DNA of 55,148 nt from Chromera velia (GCA_018398765.1 JAHBMJ010000154.1:1-55148), one strand, 5' to 3'; numbered from the stretch's first letter, positions 23,005 through 36,320 are shown. Made by a program: numbers and translations. Notes: a model not told the origin generated them from the sequence alone.

Positions 23005-23325
23005 AACCCCCTCCTTCTACGCTCACTCTTCTTAACTCTTCTCACTCCCCCCCCCGTGCCTCGGAGGCACCCGCTGGTTGCTCTGCGGTGCGCTGCCTGC
23101 ATCCTTGCTGTCATGATGAATGCACGAACAAATGAATGAATAAACATTGAAACAAACTAGAAAACGAATTATTTTATAAATGTACGTAGTGAATAGTTGA
23201 TTGAATCTAAGATTTAATGCCCCTCTCTTTTAAGACCAACTGCTTTTCCACTCTAGTTTCCACTGCTCTAGCCACTGCTTCGGCTAGTGTTTGGCCCACA
23301 GTTTAGGTGGCCTGCTCAGTTAAGG

Positions 23326-25553
23326 CTAGGTGTGATCTGTAAAGTTTTAAAGTGAAATAAAGTTTAAAGTCTGGTTTGAGTCTGTGGACTCTAAAATATA
23401 ACTTTTGAAATGCACTTTAAATTTTTTTTTGACATACATTGAAAAATGTTTTAAAAGGCTAAACAATCTTAAACAACACATTAATGTGTTCAAGCTTTTT
23501 ATTCTTAAAGTTTTAAAACGAAAGAAGTTTTAAAGTCTAAAGTCTGTGGTCAGACTTTATTATAGGTTTAGGATTAATGTCCGGAGGATTGGCCTCCCGC
23601 CTCAATGCCGAATGTCCGACGTGCGGCTTCCAGGGAAAGCGCCTAGACGCATCAGACCTCCCTGGCCGGCCCACATAGGTCTAGCCTGTGCTGCAAATAG
23701 CTCACATTGAACAGTCAATCACCTACGTGTGTATGCAAGAGGGCTTACTCCATTCTAAAGCAGGGTTTAAAAGGGAACGATCCCAGAATTGTAGATGAAC
23801 GGCTCGAAGCAAGTTTCAAAACCTCCCAACATCCTATCCTCCTCCTTTTTCCCTCCTCTTTTGTTTCTTTTGTATCAATCCACACCCTTTTATACTCTTT
23901 AATTCTTCCCTCTCTTTCTTTCTCACTTTTCTAAGTCTCTTGATGCAGCCTATCTAACTTTCTTCCTAAAGCTTGACTCAAATTGTTTCCCTTTTTCTTT
24001 TCCATTCTCTCACTACCTGTCTTTTCATCATGACGTCTTTCAAAAAGGTATTAACGTTTTTGTCGGCCTCATTTAAAAGAAAAGAGAATAGAGCAATCTT
24101 GTCTACCTTCGCTTTACCACCCACTTTCCATGTGCTGTTATTTGCAGCTTTCTCCTCTCTCCCTTTCATCAAACTCCAATGTGTATGTCATCAAAGCTTG
24201 CAAGCCGTCTGCCCTCTCTCCATCATACAGAAGGCATTCAGTCAGCACATGGATTTCATCTTCGACTACTTGAATGTTAAGCAGGTCAGAGTAAACCATG
24301 CATTTCTTTTCTATCAATGGGGTCCTTCTACCTCCTTCTATTGAGAACTTCCCCCTGTTTACCTCCAAGTTTCTCTCTCTCACCCGAAATGTAGCCCTTC
24401 TTCTGTGGACACTGTCAGGCCAGGGAGCTTTCTTTATGTAGCAGACGGGAGTTCTCCCTATCTTATCTCTATCTAATAAAATGCTTCTGTCTGTATCTTT
24501 TCCAGTCTAAGATTTGCTGTTGTGAAGCCACAGATTTAGGTAATTTCTGTTGGATAGGGAAGCATGGATAGGATGTATAACGCCTTCTCTCAGCTCTTCC
24601 TTCTCGGCCCTTCCTCTTTTCTGCACTGACCTCTTAACTCTCTCTGTAAATGCTTCCTTTTTCCTCTTTGTAATTTCTTCCTCTTTCAGCGCTTCTATCC
24701 ACCTTACTATTCTGTCTTTTCTCTCAAAGGAAGGTTGTCTGCCTGTACTGCCAGCTTCTGGTTCTCTTCCTATCTGGAAGGGATGGCCGCTTCTTGTCTC
24801 TGTGAAAAGTGTTTCAACACATTTCTTCAAGGGGGGGGAAAATAAAAGGGGTGAAGCTTCCTTCTTCTCAGTTTTGAATCGGCTCCTTAATTCCTGCAAT
24901 GATTGAATGTGTCTCTTCCTTTTTGGATTACCTTTCTTGTCCATATTAGGGTTCAGAATCTCTGTGCAACCACTAGATCGATAGGAAGAAGGCCTGCCTC
25001 AAGGAAAGTGGTGAGTATGCTTTCTTTTCTGTCTCAGTTGCAGCACCTATCGAATGAATCTTCTTTGCAGTCTGTTAAACTCTGCAAACGCTTCCAACAA
25101 GTGTGAATGTACTTCATAGCCGTATGACCAAACTGCACACACTGTCTGCCTGAATCATTGAAAACAAGTTGTGGGTGGGATCTCTCCTCCTGCACTGATC
25201 TTACTTTTCAACACAAAAAAGAGTCTTTCTGCCTTAATCATTCTCTCTCTCATCATTGCATCTGTGAAGCAATCTTCTGTTAAAAGAAGTCCATTATAAA
25301 AATAACTTTACAGCTAGGCCTAAAAAAAATAATTTAAGCCCGTTCTCGTTTTTTTTTTTTTGCCCGGCGATGTTAGATGACAAACAACTGTTGTTCAAAT
25401 ATTGCATAAATGTTGTTTTTGTGTTACACAAGTGTTGCTTAGGTGTTACGCAAAAAAAAAAAGAAAAAAATAATTTAAGTCAATTCTGGTTTACTTTTTT
25501 CTTTTTGCTGTGATACGCCTCAGGCTAGCTTTGAGTTTACAGATCACACCTAG
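23326..25553. mobile_element. TIR element of the CTAGG-terminus group carrying a nested LINE fragment
   Basis: Perfect 18-bp TIR CTAGGTGTGATCTGTAAA. Flanks AGTTAAGG (23318-23325) and ATTTAAGG (25554-25561) form an 8-bp TSD with one mismatch. Confidence 0.8.
23565..25292 (-). mobile_element. 5'-truncated, decayed non-LTR retrotransposon (post-RT region, CCHC finger, 3' UTR)
   Basis: Broken minus-strand frames read VWSYGYEV...FNRLQRRFIR*VLQL, TTFLEAGLLPIDLVVAQR, and NLEVNRGK...KKCMVY...EDEIHVLTECLLY (a LINE C-terminal zinc knuckle). Tail TAATCCTAAACCTA. Possible ATTATA TSD at 23559-23564 and 25293-25298. Confidence 0.75.
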
Positions 25554-26280
25554 ATTTAAGGGCTTACTATATGAGTAGTACATAGCTGTTTATCTAGCTG
25601 TTGATACGCCAATGCATATCTAGGTGCATGCACTAGCATGAAAGTGTATCAATATTATTAAAGCAGATGAATTATGTATCATATAGTGTCATTTTATTAT
25701 CAGTTTTATGATTATTGTCTGAATCTGTATCATTAAATTGTATATGTATACGATCTAATATACAATTTAAATTTTAAAGGATAAATCAAGCAAAAAAAAA
25801 ACGTAAACACTCCCTATGAAATTGGGGTATAAATAGGGTGAATGGGGGCAAATTGGGGCCCATTTCGCCCCATTTCCCCAAAACAAGATACATTTTTTAT
25901 TATAATTCATATTATCTAACATATTGATTATCTAGTCAAAATAAGGTGTGTTTCTAGAAGTTTAGGGCTTTTAAAATCTAATTAGATCATTTAAAACACT
26001 ATACTGAGTGTTGCTTTAAAAAAAAAAAATTAAAAATCAATTTTACGCAATTCACTACTATATGTGAAGCCTATAGATTGCATTGTCAGTTTAAATGGCA
26101 GTTTTTTAGTATTGTAGAAGTTAATATCTAAATGAATATCTCCAGACTAAATTGAAAGGCAAGTTCCGCATGCCAGAGCATATATATATATATATATATA
26201 TATATAATGCTAGATGAAATAATGATGAAATAAATCAGATGATCATATATATTCATATGTAGATATAATATGATGATGAT

Positions 26281-26783
26281 TTGCTATCAAAAGACTCGAC
26301 CCCTCTAAAACACGCAACGCAAAGCGAATTGTTGGCACGAATGAAGGTCACTTTGGCACTCTGATACTCACCCATACCGGCCTTGCGACTCTTGCAAAAC
26401 ATTTGTCTGCGCTCTCCATCATAAGGCCTGCAAATTGATGCATATGATGGTTACTTACCCCTCTTCCTGTCTCACCTTTTGAATGTTCTTTTTCCATCTC
26501 CCAAGTATATTTCCCGTCTCCCCTCTCTACCGGTCTTCCTGTCGATCTGCCTCTATTGCCTGAGGGTCTCCATTGCTGTCGTCGCATTCCTCCCACAGAA
26601 GGGAAACGACATCAGCGATTAAGAAAGCATCTTCTAGGTACAGGGTATTTAGAGTTGTGAGCATGAAGCCTCCCCCCCCTGGTGTATGATGTAGGTCTGG
26701 CAAAGGGGCAATAAAGCATTGTCCCAGACTCATGCGTTGCATGATGGCCTATAGACCGATTAATAATTATGATGATGATGATG
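26281..26783 (+). mobile_element. 5'-truncated copy of the LINE at 48.6-52.5 kb, with a (GAT)n tail
   Basis: Closely similar to 52001-52498 over about 500 bp; ends TAATAATTATGATGATGATGATG. Confidence 0.9.
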
Positions 26784-28519
26784 GTTACCAAACCCCAGGT
26801 GAAGTTTTAGGCTCTTTAGCGGTGCATATATGCATAGTTAGTTGAATGCACACAGTCTTGAGAACAACAGAATGAAGAAAAAGAATTGTCTTTCACAATC
26901 AAAACGTAGAACAAACGATCACTTCGGTTTCATCCTGTTTTTGAATCACCTATACAGACTGAGATCGACATTCAAAAGTGCTCGCAATGACAAGGCGGCC
27001 CACTGCACGATATTAAGCATAAAACGGTACCATTTATTCCCAATCATAAGGAGAGAAACCTATAGAGAAACTGAATAAAAGTTTTTAAACAAAGAAAAAA
27101 AAACAACTATTATAAAAGAAATATTTTGAAAAAAAAAAGAAAAGATTCCAAAGGAACGATTCCGAGGAGAAGAGGATAGAAAAAAAAAGAAAGAAATAAA
27201 GAAAACAAGCAAGCAAGAAAGAAAGAAAGGCAGACAGACAGACAGACAGACAGACAGATGGACAGATAGACAGACACTGTCAGACAGACAGAGAGATAGA
27301 TAGACAGACAAACAGATAGACAGATAAACAGACAGAAAAAGAAAGAAAGAAAGAAAGAAAGAAAAGAAAGAAGGAAGGAAGGAAAGAAGGAAGGAAGGAA
27401 GGAAGGAATGTCATTGAAAGAAAGAAGGAAGGAACGAAGGAAGGAAGAAAAGAAGTATAATCGATGCTTTTCCTGCATCATCAACCAACCGCCCAAACTT
27501 AAGCCCGGTCGTTCCATGTCGACAGAAGGCTAAGACGCTCTCCTAGCTTCGCCACCTTCTGTTGTTCACTCCTTTCTATGTACTATGCTAACGGTCTGCT
27601 GCTGGCAGCTATCTGCCGGCGCCGAGGTAGAACGTCTGCTCTCAAAGAAGACGTATCATGATCCTTTGCTGCACCTTCCCCCCCCTTTTTTTGCTTCTTC
27701 TTTCATTTTTTTTCTTGGTTGTTGGCAGTCCTCCCTTTTGTGCCCTTTTATGGAGGCATCTGTTTAGGGGAACAGTGTTGAGGTAAGTGGTGCAGGGGCA
27801 GGGGCAGGAGAGGCGTTTACATTCAGAGACAGGGCTGTGGCAGGCGGTGCAAGGGCAGAAAAGACGTCTGCGTTGGGAAATGGGGCTGTGACAGACGGTG
27901 CGAGGGCAAGAGAGGTAGAAAAGGCTTGCAGACCAGTGGAGGCGGAAGCGACTTTGCAAGGAAGGTACGCTTACAAGGCTTGCAGGCTATAGCTTACAGG
28001 CTGGTGCCACTAGTCGAGGCGGAACTAGAGGCGGAAGCGACTTTGGAAGACGGAGGCGCTTGCGAAGCTTATATAATATCGGGTGTAGTAATGTTATCTT
28101 TTTAAAATTAATTTCAAAATTCATTGATACTGGGTACAATATAGATATATTGGGAGCTAGATTGGGGGAAAAACAATATATCTCTAGAGGTATCTAGCAT
28201 GATTATCTAGCTACATACCTAGCTAGATATATATACAAATCGATATTGTATATAAGACTACTACTGAGTAGTATATATCGACTTTCAAGTTAGTAAATTA
28301 GGTTGTTTGCACTTTAATTCCAGCCTGCATTCAAATTAAATCAATTCAATTCAATTTTTATATATAGATATACATAGTAGGTTAGTAATATTATTATAAA
28401 TTTTTAATTCCTAGTCTAACTCTTGATATATATCTGATTGTGATTCTAATTTGGCATGTAACATTATCTGTTCAAAAATAACTTATATCAATCAATCAAA
28501 ACTTATAAACATAATAATT

Positions 28520-29008
28520 CAGTGTTGTTAAGTCTCGGTACTTTCGGTACCTCGGTACCAGAGGGGGGGTCGGTATTGGATTTCGGATCGGATATGATCG
28601 GATCTTTCGGTACCAAGCTAAATGACTCTCAAACTTAAAAATCACATGTACTCTGATATTAGAATATCATTTAAACACACTTCATAAAACAAAATAAACA
28701 AAATACAATGATAAATTAAAATTAAGAAAGTCTTTTCTAGCTTTTTTAATTGTTCCGCGACTTTTGTCTTCTAGAACGGTCTATGGATTGAGGCATAAAA
28801 CCCAAAAGTTCATGCTAGTCATCTTTGAGCATTCCAGTGTCCGAACGGCGTATAAACAGTCTGCAAAGAGTTCTAAAAACCTGTTTAGAATATATAAAAA
28901 AGCCGGTACCGAAAGTACTGAAAAGGTACCGAAAGTACCGAAAAATTTCGGATCGGAGGGTCGGTATCGGATTTCGGTACTTAGGTTTATCGGGACTTAA
29001 CAACTCTG
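28520..29008. mobile_element. hAT-type MITE (489 bp)
   Basis: TIR CAGTGTTGTTAAGTCTCG / CAGAGTTGTTAAGTCCCG, perfect 8-bp TSD TAATAATT (28512-28519, 29009-29016), and dense subterminal CGGTAC/CGGAT repeats. Confidence 0.92.
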
Positions 29009-30290
29009 TAATAATTAAAAAATTCTTGTATAACCCGAATGATGGGCCAAGTCTTGTCAAAAAAGTGTTTTCCGGGTCTCATTAGCGTAATTTTGACTTG
29101 TATTTGCCCTATAATATTGTTGTTTTCCCATTTATTTTCTGCCATAGGGACCGAGAGTGTGCGTGGGGGCGCGCGCGGGCGGACACACAGCGTGCGCCGC
29201 ATCAAGTGAACATTGTCGCAGCCTGAATCGCAGGATGCCATTCTTTAAAAATCTGAATCAGAATGCTAAGCTAGTTGACTTGAACTGGGAGGCAATCTCA
29301 GGCAAATTACAGCTATTAAAAAGAAAAAAAAATGTTCCGCACACTGGCTTACTCAGTCCACAGCCTTTCAGGGAGATGTTGACAGTGAACTTGACACTCA
29401 AAAACGCATTCTAGAACGCATTGCTGACTCTGTCTCCCAGCTGTCTCCTCTCTTCGGGCACAGGGCTTCATATTTCACAGTCCCAGCGGTCATTTAGAAA
29501 AGGGCCCACGCGCTAGGTCACTCCCTTACTGATGATCGGGGTTTTTGTTATGCATGTCGCGTCCCCATATATGGTAACTCTCTAACTCTATTTTCCGTTT
29601 CCCCCTCCGCACAAAAAGCTGCCAGCTAAGCGCACTGCCGCAATCTCTCTCCGGAAGACTTTGGCAAATACCCCGGAATGCATGAGCGCATGATTGAACA
29701 AAGGTTTGAGGTAACAGAAGCCAAGGTGCATGCAGAGAAAAGACTGCTCTTCGAGATAATTAAAAAAACCGCCGGAGTTCGGCGGACAAAAGGGCACTAA
29801 ATCACACAGATTCCCCCCAACTCGCTCCCTGAGGATTCTCCACTTTTTGCCCGCCCCACCTGTTTTGGCTTCTCACTTGCTCCGTTCTTGTTGTTTCTCC
29901 CTCCCTCCATTCATCCTTTCCCTTTCTGCGTGAATCCGCCAGAAACCAAGTTGATCCTTCCTCTCTTCAAAAACCTACAATCAGCAGCGAAAATCTCATT
30001 CACTCAATCACGCAATTAAAAAATCAAGGAAAAAAGCAAAAACGAAAAAAAGGCGCCTCTCTCTGCTTCACTCACTGAATCAATCAACAATCGATCGACA
30101 AAGGGCTCTCCTCTCCCATCTCGCTCGCAGGCTCTGATTCTCTTTCACTCTCGTTCTCTGTCTCTTCCTTTCCCTCGTCCTCGCTATAAAATTTCTCTTC
30201 ATTCAAATCTCACCAGAACCCACTGTGTCTGTCATGCGAAAAGCCTACATGCCTCTGCCCAAGCTCCTGTCTCATTCACCTAGCTGCCTC

Positions 30291-30493
30291 TCAGGAGAGA
30301 AGGGAGACTATCGAGGGGCCTGGTGAGGGTCCGCTCGCACGGGGGTTTTGTTGGATCCTCCCGGGGCTGCGGTTGGGGGAGACCAGTTCGGGTTTGATGA
30401 AGACTCCCGCAAGGCCGACTGGAATCAGGAGAAGGGAGAGTGCAACGAGCAGCCAGAGGACAATCTGCATGTCAGAAAGTCGGAGGACACACG

Positions 30494-30525
<32 letters not shown>

Positions 30526-30879
30526 GGCAGACAGGCACGCAGGCAGGCAGACAGACAGACAGAAAAGACAGACATGCCGACAGAAGCACAATGAGAGCAT
30601 TCCTGCTCGGAGATCTGAGTGAAGGATCGATCCAAAAAGGGCTTTCTTTGACTGTTTTGCTTGCACAGAAAAGAAGGAGAAGCGACACGAAGGTGAACTG
30701 CAAAGGTGGGACAGAACATCAAGAAAGGCGAGTACCAGGGCAAACGGCAACAGAGATGATGATAAGAAAAAAGGGCGTTTCCATCAGACACATGCACACA
30801 CACATATAGTGTCATACGTACACACTCACACTATTCTCATTCACACTCACCCTCCCTCTCTCTCTCTCATGCATACACG

Positions 30880-30910
<31 letters not shown>

Positions 30911-32617
30911 AGGGAGAGAGAGAGAGAGAGAGAGAGAGTCCTTCACCCAGGCAGACAGAAGGGGGAGAGAGAGAGAGAGAGTTGATTTGCACGCATACAA
31001 GCTCACCACCTACCTTTGAGGTCATGCTGAGGGACTCCTGGTGGAATTTCAGATAGAGGAGACAGGGCAGGGTTAGGGAGATAGGGATCGTGAACAGCGC
31101 CCCAACAAACGCTGTCACCTGCATGTATTGGGACATACAGGCAGGAAAGCAAAGCCCGGGAGGGCGAGCTATCACTTAAGGGAGCTGAGGGAAGTGTATG
31201 AAAAGAAAGGGAGAGGAAAGAGCAGAGAAATGAGGGGAAAAAAGAAGATCGATTGAGTCGGGTGGACATTCTCCACTGTTTAGATTTTGGCTGATCTCTT
31301 GCCGTGAAACAATCAATTTGTCTGTAGGGAAACCCAAAGGATGGAATAGTGAGGCTTCTCATCGAATCTTTTCTTGATTATCTGTTGAAGGTGCTTGATC
31401 ACTCTGCACCCATGCACCCGACAGATCCCTCTGCTATCCGGATCGCTTTGTTTGATGAAGAGGGACAAAGAACAGAGATGTCTCTTGATTGTGCACAATG
31501 GTTTCGAAGGCATCGATGAAGGAACAGAGACAAGAGACCGAGAGACGAAACGCATTCACGGATGAAAAACGATCGAGCTGAAAGAGCAACTGCATGTAGG
31601 GAGACGCCCCCTGATCCTGCCCCCCCCCCACCTGTTCAAAAGAGGGGACGGACGCCGCCGCCACTGCCACAAGGAATGTGAGGAGGGTGCGGGTGAGTGC
31701 CTTGACTGCAGTTCTCCACTTGGCCTCGACCCTGTGCAGATACAGCCTGTCGATTGAGACTGCCACAGGAGCAACGGTCACAGCGAATTTGCCGAAGGGG
31801 TTCAGGACGAGGAGCACGAGGCCCAGGGCGAAGGCGAAGGAGGGGAGCTTGGCAAGATTCAAAGAGATCTCGGCTTCCACCTGCAGTGTGCGGGTGACAG
31901 TCAGCCTTTCTGTACAGTCGGTCGTCACGCCATGCACACATTCGAAAGACCTCCAATGTGCGGTTTTCTGAATGGATTCACCAATCTGAATAGTTTGCGG
32001 CCAGAGGGGGTGTGGCAGAGATACGAGAGGGTATTAGAGGGGAAGAAACAGAAGCAGAAAGACAGAGGGAAAAAGAAAGAGAAAGAGAACGCACCATTCG
32101 GGTGAGGAGATTTTCACTGTGAAATGCATTCGGAGCGACGTACTGGCGTAGGGAGGGAAGGAACGACAGCACAGGCCCCTTTTGATCAGATGAAGTTCTG
32201 ACGCAAAAAAAAAAACCCCAGCCCCACTGTACCTGGAGGAACCTTAACCAAGAACACATCCCATCTACATGCCTTGCTCTTGGGAGGGTAACAGCGCAGA
32301 GTGAGCTGCGAACTAACCAGATTTCCAAACATCAAGTACCCAAGCACCACCACCACGATGTAGACGAAGACAGTGAATCCGTATGAGACCCCCACGCTTC
32401 TCTCCCACTTCTCGGGTTTACCCAGGGAGGAGTAGATCAGAGGGAAGCACGAGTGTCCAGAGAACCCAACTGCCATCAGACCCAACCCGATGGGAGTGTT
32501 CCGAAGCTGCGTGCAGATCAAAAGAAAGAAAGAAAGAAAGGAAGGAAGAAAGAAAGAAAGAAAGGAAGGAAGGAAGGAAGGAAGAAAGGCACATAGAGAG
32601 ACTCCTTATGCACATGC

Positions 32618-32651
<34 letters not shown>

Positions 32652-33113
32652 CGACCCTCAAGGAGTATCGGGTGGTCGACCAACTTGACCTTGACAAGCA
32701 AGGCGGCGAAAAGCAAAGCAAAAGCTTCGCCCGCTTTCTCTTCTCCCTCCCCTACTTCCATGAATAAACGCAAAGTAGACAGACGTTCTGCGGGGATTCA
32801 GTGCATGGAGTTGTGTGTGTGCCTGCAAAGGTGACTGACAGGTCCGAACAGAGCCGTCTCCTGTGGGTGTATGTACGAGCCCCCCACCCCCTCGGTGTCC
32901 CCCGCCACCCCCCCATAGACCGCCATCGCCACGACCAGGTAGACCAGAGACCCGATACCTGCCAGGGCCAGAGGGGCCAGGAGAGAGAGCTGCTGGATCC
33001 ACGTGGTGGGGGCAACAGCGGCTGCAGAGGGCAGGGGAGGGAGGGAGGGAGGGGGTGAAAGACGGCTGTTTGTGTTTCCTCTGATGCGTGTGCGCAACAC
33101 GGTCAGTGTATGC

Positions 33114-33152
<39 letters not shown>

Positions 33153-33477
33153 CGTGCGTGCGTGCGTGTGCGAGCGTGTGCGTGTGTGCAGGTGGCCAGA
33201 GAGCGGCAGAAAAGAAAAGAAACAGAGCGCCCCATGCACACGCACCTGCCACTACAAGGAAGGCTGGGAATTTCCCTGCAGACCCCCCAGTCATTGAGGG
33301 AAGCAGAACCTCCAGAGTGTCCACCTGCACGCATTCTCCCGTACATCCATCCATCCATCCATCCATCCATCCATCCATCCATCCATCCACCCTTGCATCA
33401 ATCAAGATACGTCGAGAGAGGCAGGCAGAAGGACAGACCGGCAGACAGATCATATGACCTCTTTTTAGACAAACAAG

Positions 33478-33515
<38 letters not shown>

Positions 33516-34196
33516 AACAGACAAACAGAGAGACTATACGTTTCTTCTTCTCGCCTCTTGTACAGACAGACAGACAGACAGACAGGCAGACAAGCACAGA
33601 TACACAAGCCAGTGATTGATCATGCACGCAGAGAAACACAGGTAGGGAGAACAGAAGAAAAATGACGACACAAATTGGAGAGAAGATAGAAAATGCACAC
33701 GTGTGCATGGGGGGTGTGTGCCCCCAGCCCTGCCTGTTTTGCTTGCGCCCCTTGCTCGGCCTTTGCTTTCCTCTTCTTCGTTTTCCCTTTCGATCTACTG
33801 TTTTGACGTTCATGCGACCTCTGAGAGAGTCCATGACAGGCGTAAAACCATACAAAGATGACTGTATGGGGAAAGCCGACGCCAGAAGCACGCAGGTAAA
33901 GCTGAGACATACTCAATCAAGCAGAGACCATCACGACATAACCAGAACCCGGACATTTGCCCCCCCAATGATCAAGTCACTAACTAATATGAGTCTACTT
34001 TTTGCAATGATCAACTCAACCGACCATGAGGATAAGGAACATCCCGGCGAGGGTGAGGAGCTCCAACGTGAACATCCAGAAGATCAACAGACGCGCTGTC
34101 TTCCCGAAGGCCCCCTCAGCCATCTCAGGAAAACCCACAAACCTGACAGACAGACAGACAGACAGACAGGCAGGCAGACAGACAGACAGACAGACA

Positions 34197-34270
<74 letters not shown>

Positions 34271-36000
34271 TCAACTTATTGAGTGTGCATGTGTCGGTCA
34301 AACAGGAGCTGAAAAAACAGACATTAAAACTTCGTTTGAAAAAACACGAACCTAAAGAAGAAGAAGAAAAAAAAAGACACACAAAACCGAAAACACCGTG
34401 AGTCCTGACGTCAAACATCTGCGAGGTGTTTCTCAACAAGTCTTTTCTATCTACGAGTACTTCTTAAGTCCTGTCAATACAGTGTCACCTTGTCGACTCT
34501 CTGATCCTCACATATCGGTCTGTGCAGCGGTTTGCGTATGTTTTTGATTATACATGCGTTTTTAGTTTCAACCTGCCGTGGCTGCACCACTGTATGTCTC
34601 TCCTGAACGACCAAAAACCAAACCTGTGCGGACAGACCTTCTTCTGTCGACATCCACGCATCTCTTCAAAATCACCGCCGTGTAGTGGGTGGTCACGATG
34701 AAGAAGGCCATCAGAAGGAAGGTCGGCACCCACCCGCACACACGGGCACAGTATGGAAAGCTCAGAAGTCCAACCCCCACGAGCACGTTGACGCTATTGA
34801 ACACGCAGCTGCTCAGAGACCCTGTCGGCACGTCGCCAGCAGCAGTGGCCGATCCCCCCCCAACACTCCGCAAGGTCATCCCGGAGACGTCCCGCCGAAG
34901 TACTCCCAGAGTGTCACGGAGGGAACTGGGGGGAGACGCCGACCCCGCAAACCCGTTTTCTGCCAAATGGTTGTCGTGTGCATCCCACCCCCACCCAGAG
35001 GGAAAGACGGAGACCCTGCTGACGTTCGAGAACCGTCGCGACACATCAAATCCCCCCCCGTGTGCGTGTGTGTGGGTGTGACTCGAGGGAGACCCCAGAT
35101 GGAAACTGGAGAGACCCCGTGGGTGGAGGCCTGAGGGCGCGCGGTGAATCTCCAACTCAGGAATCGGTCCCGCTGCACGCAGACAGACAGGCAGACCGAA
35201 GGGAACAATCGTGAAACACGGCTGGACGAGTGTGAGGCAGGGATGAACAGTCATCTCAAGAGCACAGCTCGACCTTTAAGTTAGTCTCGGCAGCAACTGC
35301 AATTGACGGCTTGTGGCGTGCGGTGGCTCCACTGCACAGGCGAGCTTGGGGATGTTCGTTTGAAGAAAAGAACACCGGAGAAAAGATGAGGAAGTCTTTA
35401 TTGATCTGCTTCCTGTAAAAGCTGCTGAGTTGCGTCTCCTCAACCTAGACTACGTCTCCATCTTGAACTCTGTTCTGTCACCGTCTTTCTGTCTGTCGAC
35501 ACTTGTGCGTCTGTGTGTGCCAAGGAATCTCTCTCTGCTCTTGAGCATTCAGTATTCTGTGACTGTCCTTGGGCAACTTCCGCTGTCCCTCTTCTGGGGT
35601 CAGTGTTCTTGTTGTCAGGAGACGGCTACTATATTCAGGCTGCATACGGCTCAGTCTGTCCCAGCATCTTCCGCTTCTCTCCAGCCATACGCAGTCCATG
35701 CGGCTGTCTGTACTGACCTGGAGACAGCAGCAGCACGCCGCCGGGTGAGAAAGTGGCGAGGTGAACAGGGAAGAGGACGCCCTCCTCGTGAAGGCGTGAG
35801 TCCTCTTGGTGATCAGCCGTCTCCCTCTCTGGCCGTCTCTCTTCGTCTCCTGCCTCTACTTCAGACACTACAAACTGGAGCTGGATCTTCTCTGTGTCAT
35901 GCCCGAAAGAGCTGGAGGGCCCTTCATGGATCTCTGTTGAGGACGAGGATGGGGACTCTTTGGGAGGCACACCCCCAGAGTCCTTCTCGCCTTCGGGCAT
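30291..36000 (-). CDS. Amino-acid transporter, Aa_trans/AAAP family (AVT1-like), 9 exons, about 637 aa
   Basis: Exons 36000-35718, 35172-34638, 34142-34025, 33324-33246, 33021-32840, 32506-32318, 31880-31632, 31118-31014 and 30464-30291 (1914 nt, in frame). Motifs [55 protein letters not shown] and LPCLLYLK. Confidence 0.88.
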
Positions 36001-36214
36001 CTTTGGTTCGGTTTAGCTAGTTGCTCGTCTTCTTCTCAATTCGCTCACCGTCTTTCTCTCTTTCTGCTGATACAGTCAGCAGACAGGCCAAGTGAAACTT
36101 GCACAGCTGCTCTTGGCGTTGTGGGACGCCGCTGTCGCGCCAGTCTTTGAGACGTTGATCCTTCATGCATGATCCACAGTGCTGCATCAGTGCTGCTTAA
36201 TTGGGAAGCTGTCT

Positions 36215-36320
36215 CTGCATGCATGCGCATGGCCGGACGCATGCAAGGCGTACGCGTACGCGCGCGGGCCGCGGCGCCGCGCGGCGCATACAGGTGGGCG
36301 AGCCCCCCGTGCCGGGCCCG
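36215..36320. promoter_or_regulatory. Putative promoter: TGCATGCA motif plus CGCG-rich patch upstream of the transporter
   Basis: TGCATGCA at 36216-36223 is followed by CGTACGCGTACGCGCGCGGGCCGCGGCGCCGCGCGGCG, about 220-320 bp upstream of the ATG. Similar patches lie upstream of other genes in the window. Confidence 0.5.

Noticed and set aside
27490..28070. Ala/Pro/Ser-rich or Cys-rich reading frames on the minus strand
   Set aside because: These are degenerate internal repeats with stops and no recognisable domain. It may be a decayed gene fragment but is not supportable as a feature.
29525..29840. Box C/D snoRNA starting at TGATGA near 29530
   Set aside because: There is no D box at a plausible distance and no terminal stem.
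34568..34637. Extension of transporter exon 2 to the donor at 34572
   Set aside because: It gives the wrong phase for the next exon. The donor at 34637 keeps the frame and the family alignment.
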